Below are positions 56,757-64,000 of a stretch of 64,000 bases of DNA, one piece after another. The notes beneath the pieces were generated by a model. The model saw only the letters and a list, made by a program, of their open reading frames with translations. It had not been told where the DNA came from and ran no database searches. The position numbers were made by a program, and so were the translations under genes. The stretch is taken from positions 124,001-188,000 of the IMG/VR virus record IMGVR_UViG_3300027782_000025; one strand, written 5' to 3'. How positions within the stretch are numbered: the stretch's first letter is position 1; each line of letters starts with the position of its first letter.

Positions 56757-57365
56757 TTAATCATTGTTAAATAATGCGATTATCTTTTCTTTAAATTCAG
56801 AATAATAATCACACTTGTTTATCAGATTGTCAGAAGCAGCCATATATTCCTTATAAGATCCGACGCTAGCGTGGTACTTATTTATGCTAGGTTTTTTTCT
56901 TATTACAGCTACCCCGAAATCGCCAGTATAAGTTACAATCCCAATATTTGCTATATGTCTAATGTGCCATATCGACCTAAACACTGTTCCACACCTATAA
57001 GATACAGCAAAATCCTCGCTAGGCGGATAGGCATCGTGGAGAACTATTGCGCCATTTGGGTTTATATATTTCAAGGAATTTAAGATATCTTTTGTGACTT
57101 GCGCTTCATCATGGTCACCATCTATAAAAATCAAATCGAAATTCTGACCATTCTGATCAAAGAATTGATCACTATTCATCGACTTGATCCTATCATCGAA
57201 CATTTCCCCGACCGGCTCGACACCTACTTTATCTGCGCATACGATTTTATCCCAGCATACTTTACCTTGAACACCTATCTCTAAATAAGATTTAAAATTA
57301 TATGCTCTGATCAGATGGTTTATAATATCAACGTGAGTTATATCTTCTTTGAAATTAGGCTCCAT
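56757..57365 (-). CDS. Class I SAM methyltransferase (Methyltransf_24-like)
   Basis: YLEIGV, FDLIFIDGDH, GAIVLHD. Confidence 0.88.
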   Translation of the reverse strand: MEPNFKEDITHVDIINHLIRAYNFKSYLEIGVQGKVCWDKIVCADKVGVEPVGEMFDDRIKSMNSDQFFDQNGQNFDLIFIDGDHDEAQVTKDILNSLKYINPNGAIVLHDAYPPSEDFAVSYRCGTVFRSIWHIRHIANIGIVTYTGDFGVAVIRKKPSINKYHASVGSYKEYMAASDNLINKCDYYSEFKEKIIALFNND

Positions 57366-57979
57366 GCTTTTTTATCCTCCTCTATTATTGTGTTTGCTTC
57401 AGGTAGCAGACCTATACTACGACTCCAGTCCATGATGGCTTGAAGGTCGCTATAAACGGTCATTTTATAATCTAACAATTTAAGTTTATCAAATATCCAA
57501 TTATCGCCGAACCATAACTTTATCTCCCCAGGTATCGGATAAACTAACTCAACCATCTTGCGAGACAAGCAGATGAAGACGCCAGGGACGCCATCCTGCA
57601 CTACTTGTGTTGTCGGGTTGGGAGAATCGGAAAAGGCACTAACGCCAGTCACAAGCGGAATTACCTTCTGAGTATCAAGATCTATTAATTTTATCTTAGC
57701 ACAAACGTCATTTTTAAGATAAATATCGCTATTTAGGATAATTAAGGTATCGAACTCTGGATGTGCTAAGAAATACTCCATTAATTGATTCCAAGCTGGA
57801 TTAACATAAACATTCTTAGCATTAATTATTTTATTGTAAGGCTCTATTAATTTTTTTATGTCAGGTGTGGCATTATTGTCGATTATAAGGATACCGTCGG
57901 CACCAATAACATGGGCTAAGCATCTCTTAACACAAGCCACGTCATAAATTACAGGTATACCGACTAATAATTTTCTCAT
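57338..57979 (-). CDS. GT2-like glycosyltransferase
   Basis: LIIDNN, NVYVNPAWNQ, ILNSDI, LWFGDNWI. Confidence 0.8.
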   Translation of the reverse strand: MRKLLVGIPVIYDVACVKRCLAHVIGADGILIIDNNATPDIKKLIEPYNKIINAKNVYVNPAWNQLMEYFLAHPEFDTLIILNSDIYLKNDVCAKIKLIDLDTQKVIPLVTGVSAFSDSPNPTTQVVQDGVPGVFICLSRKMVELVYPIPGEIKLWFGDNWIFDKLKLLDYKMTVYSDLQAIMDWSRSIGLLPEANTIIEEDKKAWSLISKKI

Positions 57980-57988
57980 ACTGTATTT

Positions 57989-58639
57989 TTATTTAAGATC
58001 AAACCCATAAGCTGCATTCACAGCCTCATATTGGCGCGGCCCATGAAACCCAAAGCGCTTTTTAATATCATGATCATATTCAGGTATGTGTGATTCTATC
58101 GAAAACCACGTTGCTACATCTAAAGGCGCAAACACTATACCGTGTGATTCAAATAATGGCTTATTGACAAGGCAAATTTGCCAATCCTCATTATCCCAGG
58201 TACCGCCGTAATGCTTTTTACAAACATCTAAAAGCTTTTTACTACGCAGGCTAAACCCTCCATTACCTACTCGGCAGTTGGGTCTTTTGGTAGCTTCCAA
58301 AAGCCACGGTGCGCCTATATAATCATAATTTAAAAAATCAGGATTCCAATTAGCAGTGTTAAGAATAAAACCATCATGTTGAACAACAAGAACAAATTTA
58401 GTATTGATGTGGTCAGTAAGACTACCACTGATTAATTTACTATACTCACCGATAACCATTGGCTTTATTTTTTTATAGCCGACACCTGTGATATCTGAAT
58501 CGTAAGCCGATTGAAATATCACTTCACCAAAATCGACTTTATCAATGCATTGCCTAACAGCAAAAAGCGAGCTTTCAAAAGATTTTTTATCCGTGCGCCC
58601 ATCAGCCATAAACAATGTAACATTTTTTAATCGGAGCAT
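57989..58639 (-). CDS. DUF5672-like putative glycosyltransferase
   Basis: LVVQHDGFI...W...FLNYDYIGAPW, VGNGGFSLRS, NED, FAP..VA..FS.E, FGFHG. Confidence 0.85.
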   Translation of the reverse strand: MLRLKNVTLFMADGRTDKKSFESSLFAVRQCIDKVDFGEVIFQSAYDSDITGVGYKKIKPMVIGEYSKLISGSLTDHINTKFVLVVQHDGFILNTANWNPDFLNYDYIGAPWLLEATKRPNCRVGNGGFSLRSKKLLDVCKKHYGGTWDNEDWQICLVNKPLFESHGIVFAPLDVATWFSIESHIPEYDHDIKKRFGFHGPRQYEAVNAAYGFDLK

Positions 58640-58671
58640 AATGATACCTAAATGAATGGAATAAATTATAA

Positions 58672-59295
58672 TTACTGATTATTTTTGAGGTTACTATTGC
58701 TGAATTTAGTTAACCAAGTATATGCAGCGTTCTTATCATCTGGCGTTTTAATCTTAAAAGAATCAAAACGCAAAAACGGCTTAGGTAAGGATCTTGATAA
58801 AGTTTCATGAATGGATAAGGTGTTCCAATCGTGTTTACTAGGGTTAGTACAGAAAATATTTGCAGAGTCTTGCTCGGACTCTTTCGTACCAACATAAACA
58901 TGCTTTTTATCGGCTTTAGTGTCGGCCTGATTATGGTAGATCGGGGCACTTATACCTATAAATTCATGATTAAACAAAGGAATTTCGTCATTAATTATAA
59001 TATCGCCATCTAAAATTAGAGCCAATTCGTTTATTTCCTTAGAAATCAGCCGCATAGTGTGCATTATGCCTAGGTCAGGATCATTGTTTAATATAAATTT
59101 AATATTATCTAGCTTTTTTAAATGAGCTATTATGAGATTAGATCTGAATCCAACTACCACATATATTTCTTCATAATTCTTTAGGGCTTTAATTTGGTAA
59201 TCTATAATTCTTTTGCCATTCACCATGGCCATTGCTTTTGGAATATTTTGCTTTAATCTAGCCCCAAAGCCTGCGGCACATATCACGGCTTTCAT
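58672..59295 (-). CDS. Sugar-phosphate / choline nucleotidyltransferase (MobA/LicC-like)
   Basis: AVICAAGFGARL...PKAM..VNGKRII, YVVVGF, ILDGDI. Confidence 0.85.
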   Translation of the reverse strand: MKAVICAAGFGARLKQNIPKAMAMVNGKRIIDYQIKALKNYEEIYVVVGFRSNLIIAHLKKLDNIKFILNNDPDLGIMHTMRLISKEINELALILDGDIIINDEIPLFNHEFIGISAPIYHNQADTKADKKHVYVGTKESEQDSANIFCTNPSKHDWNTLSIHETLSRSLPKPFLRFDSFKIKTPDDKNAAYTWLTKFSNSNLKNNQ

Positions 59296-59379
59296 TATTA
59301 TCCTTTATAGTTAGACACGATATCTACATAACTATAAAAAATAATCAGATAACCGCGAATTAACACAAGAAATGCAGTG

Positions 59380-59994
59380 TTAAAGTTTTATGAAAGAGCC
59401 CCATAAAACACTTAAAAAATCTAGATATTTATACTTTTCAAGACCTACTGAATCTATGCTAGATTGAACCATGTTTAAAGAAGACTCGTGCACTTCGAAC
59501 CCAATACCATCCCAAAGTCCAGTCGATAATAATCTTGATTTAACTGCTGAATAATTTTCAGATTCATTAGGCGAATCAGCGAAGTCGTGTAACATAATAA
59601 CATCGCCTATCTTAAGAAATTTCGAAAATATATCGAATTCTTTAGTCTTTGCTCCACCATCACATAATATCAAAGTTTTATCTCTCGAAGCAATTAAAGA
59701 TGAAATAGAATCGATAATATCAGGAGAAAAGCAATCACAATATCTGATATTATCATTTACTTCATGGTTTTTAGGGATTTTGACATGCGAAGGTTCTAGT
59801 TCATAGGTAAGAAATAAAGCCTCAGGCCGCTTATTTTTATAAAGCCATACAGAAAATCCGCCGTTATCAGTTCCGATCTCTATAATAAGATCGAAATCTT
59901 TAATAACCACCGAGAATACTAAATCAGTACCAGGCATTTGCGCAGCGCCAACACCAACAAGATCGTTAAAATAATTAGTCATAGTAAACCTCAT
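59380..59994 (-). CDS. Class I SAM methyltransferase (CmcI-like)
   Basis: IIEIGTDNGG, LILCDGGAK..EF, GDVIMLHD. Confidence 0.75.
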   Translation of the reverse strand: MRFTMTNYFNDLVGVGAAQMPGTDLVFSVVIKDFDLIIEIGTDNGGFSVWLYKNKRPEALFLTYELEPSHVKIPKNHEVNDNIRYCDCFSPDIIDSISSLIASRDKTLILCDGGAKTKEFDIFSKFLKIGDVIMLHDFADSPNESENYSAVKSRLLSTGLWDGIGFEVHESSLNMVQSSIDSVGLEKYKYLDFLSVLWGSFIKL

Positions 59995-60007
59995 AAGATA
60001 AAGTATA

Positions 60008-61741
60008 TTATATATTTAAAGGTTGGTGTAAATGAACCTGCCTCAAACTAGAAATATCGACCACCGCTTCTTTAAACCACGCCGGAAACATCGCCTTGGC
60101 TTTTTTAAATAATCTCTCGAAAGACCCATCTATAATAAATGTGTCGGCATGATCTGCGTGAGACCTAACACTTCTACCAACGGATTGCACAAGCCTTAAA
60201 ACAGTAATCCAGTCATAATATTTATCATCTAATTTCATCCTCGCCGCCAACTGCTTATCATCATAGAAATTAGCAAAAGGCATCTTGCAAACGATCTGAA
60301 AACGGCTCAAATCATCCTTAAGATCAACGCCCTCATAAAGAGAAGGAGAAATAATGATGCTATCATGGGATAAAGCATGAGAGTCTAAAAGGTCAGACCT
60401 ATTAGGATAATCCTTAGAAGATCTAAAACGCTTCGAAACACTAGATTCACAATTCAGGCTAAGATACTCCATAATAGCGTTATTATGAGTATGAATAATT
60501 CCCCTTTGGTGGCCAAATTTATTAACGATAGCTTCGACTGACCTAACCAAAGGTGGACCCCAATCGACCATCTTATCCTTACCACCGGTCATTTGAGCAG
60601 CCGGCCAATAGTAAATCGGCCTATTCTCGACAGGAAAGCGATTCTTCATCCTAAGAGCAGCAACGTCAGACCTATCGACACCAACGGTGTTACAAAAAGT
60701 GTCGACATCAAGAATAGTAGCACTCATCAGAAGCACCTTGTTACCATGCCTAAAAATGAAACGCTCGGCAAAATCACCAACGATAACTGGTCTCAAGTTA
60801 AGCACACGGTATTCACCGACAGAAGGAGAAAACTTAATTTCGTGATCCATAACCCATTCGCAATCATCGAAATCATTATCCACAAACATTTCGATCTTGC
60901 CGGCAACACCCAGAAAGTCTCTAGCGGCTATATGGTCCTCATCTGCAATTGCGATATCCTCAAGCTCCTTAAAAACACCAATAATATTCTCATTTAAAAA
61001 CCATTGCTTATACTGATTAGGACTATCGAAAACCGGAAGGGCATAGCCACGTTCTTTTAAATCGATATCGCTAATCGTAACGTTAACAAAAGAAAGTATT
61101 TCTTGACCAAGATTATGTGCCTCATCGGTAATAAGTAGACTGCGGGGATCAACGAAACGATCTTTGGTAAAAGTGGTCTGATAGAGGAAAGAGCTAAAAT
61201 TCATACACAGAAATCTAGAATTGATCGCCTTATGAAGTTGCTCATAATAGGCACAGGCGCTGAAAGTGCGTCCAGGGGGCAAGAAAATATTCTCCTCTGC
61301 GTTCTCGAAGCAAAAGCGGCACTTAACGCCAGAGCCAAGCAAATTGGTCTTACAGACACCAACGGAGCAATTCCTAAAACCATTGTCGAGCTTGTTAATA
61401 TCCGAAGCGGCAAGGGTAAGACTCCATTTCTTTTTGCCTTTCATTCTTTCCCAGACGTCGCATTCATAAGCATTCCTGCCTTTAAGCTCCGTCACGATAG
61501 AGCCGTATTCAGATACTAACTGGTCTTGCAGTTGCTTAGTAGCAGTTAGCCAATACATATTATCGAAAAATTTAGCAACCGTCATCCCGATGGCAGTCTT
61601 ACCAGAGCCAGTGGGAGCTTCGATTATAACGATCTTTTTACCAGAATTAAAAGAATCAAGCACGAACTTGATAGCTTCCCTCTGTCCATCGCGGTAAGCA
61701 GATTTAACAAAGAATTTATCTATATCATCCGTATTATACAT
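60008..61741 (-). CDS. DinG/XPD/YoaA-family SF2 helicase with a Cys cluster
   Basis: EAPTGSGKT, LKGRNAYEC...C..GVC...C.FC...CAYY, DEAH, SATI, EGVDL, QSVGRSVR. Confidence 0.92.
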   Translation of the reverse strand: MYNTDDIDKFFVKSAYRDGQREAIKFVLDSFNSGKKIVIIEAPTGSGKTAIGMTVAKFFDNMYWLTATKQLQDQLVSEYGSIVTELKGRNAYECDVWERMKGKKKWSLTLAASDINKLDNGFRNCSVGVCKTNLLGSGVKCRFCFENAEENIFLPPGRTFSACAYYEQLHKAINSRFLCMNFSSFLYQTTFTKDRFVDPRSLLITDEAHNLGQEILSFVNVTISDIDLKERGYALPVFDSPNQYKQWFLNENIIGVFKELEDIAIADEDHIAARDFLGVAGKIEMFVDNDFDDCEWVMDHEIKFSPSVGEYRVLNLRPVIVGDFAERFIFRHGNKVLLMSATILDVDTFCNTVGVDRSDVAALRMKNRFPVENRPIYYWPAAQMTGGKDKMVDWGPPLVRSVEAIVNKFGHQRGIIHTHNNAIMEYLSLNCESSVSKRFRSSKDYPNRSDLLDSHALSHDSIIISPSLYEGVDLKDDLSRFQIVCKMPFANFYDDKQLAARMKLDDKYYDWITVLRLVQSVGRSVRSHADHADTFIIDGSFERLFKKAKAMFPAWFKEAVVDISSLRQVHLHQPLNI

Positions 61742-61764
61742 TTATCACCATTAAGGAACAAAAT

Positions 61765-62853
61765 ATGGCAAACATCGCAATAACGGCAGACATTCATTTA
61801 GGACTCACGGGCAGATTAAATGATACCATTTATGCACTAAAAACAATACGTTCATATTGTCAAGTAGCTAACATCGACATCGTCCTGATCCTCGGCGACC
61901 TCTTCCATGATAGAAAATATCTAGAGATAGATGTTTTAAACAAAGCGACAGAATTCTTTAACGAATGCAGAGAGCTAAAGCAGACATGGATCGTATTTCC
62001 TGGCAACCACGACATGTATCTCAGGCACAGCTGGAAATGTAATAGTTTAGATCCGATAAATGATAAATTAGTGGTTATTAACGATATAAAAGATCTTGTA
62101 ATAGAAGGAAGACATTTCCATATCTTGCCGTATATGACCAAAGAAAGCACATATCGCAAAGTCTTAGAATTACTTTCACAAAAAGCTGATGCCGAAACTA
62201 TACTTCTAACGCACATTGGTGTAAATGGCGCCACCTATAACACCTGCTTTACCCAAGCTTCGAATTCTTCTATAACATTTAACGACACACCATATAGGAA
62301 GATCTTCACTGGGCATTATCACAATAGGCAATCGATAGGGGATAGGGTATATTATCCAGGGTCCCCAATACCTTTCAAACACGATGAAGGCGGTATTCCC
62401 CATGGATTCTTGGTATTAGATACTGACACTTTAGAACAGAAGTTCGTTAACATCCAGAAAGCTGGTCAGAAGTTCTTCCCGACTGAAGCTCCACCACCGA
62501 ATTTTTATACCATCATTCACACAGATGTTAATTCGACATCTGAAGAAGTAATTAAGAATAACCACATTCGTGTCGTGTTGGGTGAAACCATCGCGGAGAA
62601 TGAGAAAGAATCGATTAGACTACTACTAGAAAACTACAATCCTAAAAGCATAAAGTTCATCACCCCGGTCGAAAAGATAACTGCTGGCAGAAAAGAAATA
62701 AAAACTTACGGCATCAGCGATTACTTCGACAGATGGATTAAAAAAGATAAAAATTTTAAAGAGCTTGATGATAAACTGATATTAAAACTAAATCAGGAAA
62801 TCATACAACTCGGCGATGAACAATACCTATCAGAATCCCAAGAAATAGAATAA
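61765..62853 (+). CDS. Recombination nuclease, T4 gp47 / SbcD / Mre11-like
   Basis: ADIHLG, GDLFH, GNHD, THIG, GHYH, YPGSP metallophosphoesterase motifs. Confidence 0.92.
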   Translation: MANIAITADIHLGLTGRLNDTIYALKTIRSYCQVANIDIVLILGDLFHDRKYLEIDVLNKATEFFNECRELKQTWIVFPGNHDMYLRHSWKCNSLDPINDKLVVINDIKDLVIEGRHFHILPYMTKESTYRKVLELLSQKADAETILLTHIGVNGATYNTCFTQASNSSITFNDTPYRKIFTGHYHNRQSIGDRVYYPGSPIPFKHDEGGIPHGFLVLDTDTLEQKFVNIQKAGQKFFPTEAPPPNFYTIIHTDVNSTSEEVIKNNHIRVVLGETIAENEKESIRLLLENYNPKSIKFITPVEKITAGRKEIKTYGISDYFDRWIKKDKNFKELDDKLILKLNQEIIQLGDEQYLSESQEIE

Positions 62854-62868
62854 GTGTATTATCACACA

Positions 62869-62920
62869 GTCAACAGTCTAGTGTTGACAACATAGCGACC
62901 ACGTTTGTCGTAGGTTTTTT
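62869..62920 (+). terminator. Two short hairpins and a T6 run after the gp47-like gene, possible terminator
   Basis: GTCAACA-N6-TGTTGAC (62869-62888); GCGAC-N7-GTCGT (62895-62911); TTTTTT (62915-62920). The stems are weak. Confidence 0.35.
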
Positions 62921-63407
62921 AAGCAGTTGGGAAACCAGATTCGGTCTTTTCAGGCAAGTTATCTCCATTGATCTGGTTTGTATAAATAAATGCCTGTAAC
63001 TCCCCAACCCGGCGATGAGCTATATCACTAGAGAAGGCGTGGCTTAACAGAGGACGGCATGTCTGCGAGCCATCAGTTGCCCCATATATAGTTCCTAACT
63101 CAAAGATCTGAGACACCAAACCTGATAGAGTGTACGGGTGACTGAACCTCACCGACGGCGGCAGATCCCATTATTATTGTTGACTATCGGCTAGCTCTAA
63201 ACCCCGCAAACCATAAGCGACTTGGTGAGCTGGACTGGTAGTGTTAAATAGTAAAACCGAGGCATTAGTAACATTTTGCACCTCTGGCCATTCTTTTGGT
63301 CTTTTTTTTTAAAGACTTTTAGGGCGGGCGGGGAGGAGCTTGGTATATAATAAATGTGCCATTTAAAATAAAAATTAAAAGATAAAGGTCCACCGACAGG
63401 AAAACAA

Positions 63408-64000
63408 ATGGCAAAATTTACACCTCGTTTCCCTAGAAACGCTACTGACGGTCAAGAAGTTGCAGATAAGTATGGAAATGTTTGGAGATATTATTCTTCC
63501 ACTGACACCTGGGTATCAATCGGTTATCTTCAGCCTCCAATTATTGTCGATGAAAAGAATGATGGCTTTGTCTCCCCCGAAATTTATAAAAGAATACAAT
63601 ATTATAAAAACTTTAAAGAAGCTCTTAATCAAGCGCCCTTAAAGATATTGCCAGGTAGGGGAGCATACTATTATTACTTTAGATCTAATAATCGACTGAT
63701 TAAATTTAAGGCTGAATCTAAAAGCCAACTGCGTATAGAAGTCAATATGCAGCGGCTTTATCGTTTATTATATAATGAGAGATGCAAAGGCCCGACCGGT
63801 CAACGTGGACTAATTGGTGCGGCTGGAGTCGATGGTCTAGCAGCCCCCGCTGAACTCTCATTTAATCCAACATTTGACAATAATATAATGTCTTTTGCGG
63901 TCTACACCCCTCAGCCTTTAGAGGCTGGTGGAAAGATTTTTCTTCCGAATGGCCACGTACCAGATATAAGTGTTAGATTGGATGAGCTTGACCCCTCCTT
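63408..64000 (+). CDS. Tail-fibre-like protein with collagen triplets, truncated at the window edge
   Basis: Not in the ORF track. My translation: MAKFTPRFPRNATDGQEVADKYGNVWRY...GPTGQRGLIGAAGVDGLA (six G-X-Y triplets); open to the end of the window; AGGA Shine-Dalgarno. Confidence 0.75.
   Translation, partial: MAKFTPRFPRNATDGQEVADKYGNVWRYYSSTDTWVSIGYLQPPIIVDEKNDGFVSPEIYKRIQYYKNFKEALNQAPLKILPGRGAYYYYFRSNNRLIKFKAESKSQLRIEVNMQRLYRLLYNERCKGPTGQRGLIGAAGVDGLAAPAELSFNPTFDNNIMSFAVYTPQPLEAGGKIFLPNGHVPDISVRLDELDPS

Noticed and set aside
62869-62888. GTCAAC...GTTGAC as an IS200/IS605 (IscB/HEARO) end
   Set aside because: The stem is only 7 bp with a 6-nt loop, and no tnpA, tnpB or iscB gene follows.
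63020-63035. GATATAG on the minus strand as a group I intron S element
   Set aside because: No matching P, Q or R elements and no interrupted gene.
62919-63152. 77-aa minus-strand ORF in the large gap
   Set aside because: No Shine-Dalgarno, atypical composition and no motif; treated as non-coding, though not excluded.
63460-63642. 60-aa plus-strand ORF from the track
   Set aside because: It is out of frame within the longer gene starting at 63408, which has a Shine-Dalgarno and collagen triplets.
1-64000. Stop-codon reassignment (TAG recoding, as in some large phages)
   Set aside because: Long genes are intact under code 11, and nrdJ, the gp25-like gene and the tube gene end naturally at TAG.
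1-64000. CRISPR array, tRNA, tmRNA or rRNA genes
   Set aside because: I saw no regularly spaced 25-45-nt direct repeats, cloverleaf T-loop/CCA pattern or rRNA motif by eye. A tRNAscan/Infernal run is still advisable.

Overview
All 64 kb is dsDNA tailed-phage sequence: a large, AT-rich myovirus with T4-like gene families, probably jumbo-sized. I see no tRNA, rRNA, CRISPR array or integrase. From left to right: (1) a truncated UvsW-like helicase and a class II (B12) ribonucleotide reductase with a 401-aa LAGLIDADG intein; (2) a minus-strand contractile-tail module (gp6-, gp25-, gp5-, gp53-like baseplate proteins, tape measure, hub, gp26/gp51-like chaperones, three tube paralogs, sheath, gp15- and gp14-like) with a primase gene inside it; (3) dUTPase, ThyX and GDP-fucose synthase; (4) a PD-(D/E)XK exonuclease, a 1982-aa repeat-containing structural protein and a C39 peptidase; (5) an operon-like block centred on an adenylosuccinate-synthase homologue with the PurZ signatures (GSTGKG, TTVTKRVRRVFSFS, NFAN), flanked by an NDT/Rcl-like N-glycosidase, a DeoC-like barrel, a degenerate isomerase barrel and a DUF115/GT42-like transferase; (6) two divergent sigma-like genes, HNH, holin-like, NucS/EndoMS and ferritin-like genes; (7) gp46 and gp47 separated by an 11-gene glycan-modification island and a DinG-like helicase; (8) a 554-nt gap and the start of a collagen-containing fibre gene. 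The strongest lead is a PurZ-type (2-aminoadenine, Z-base) enzyme in a large T4-like myovirus. No DatZ, MazZ or DpoZ is visible in this window, but there is a different set of nucleotide-processing neighbours. All calls come from motifs read by eye and from recalled family consensus; no database search was run.
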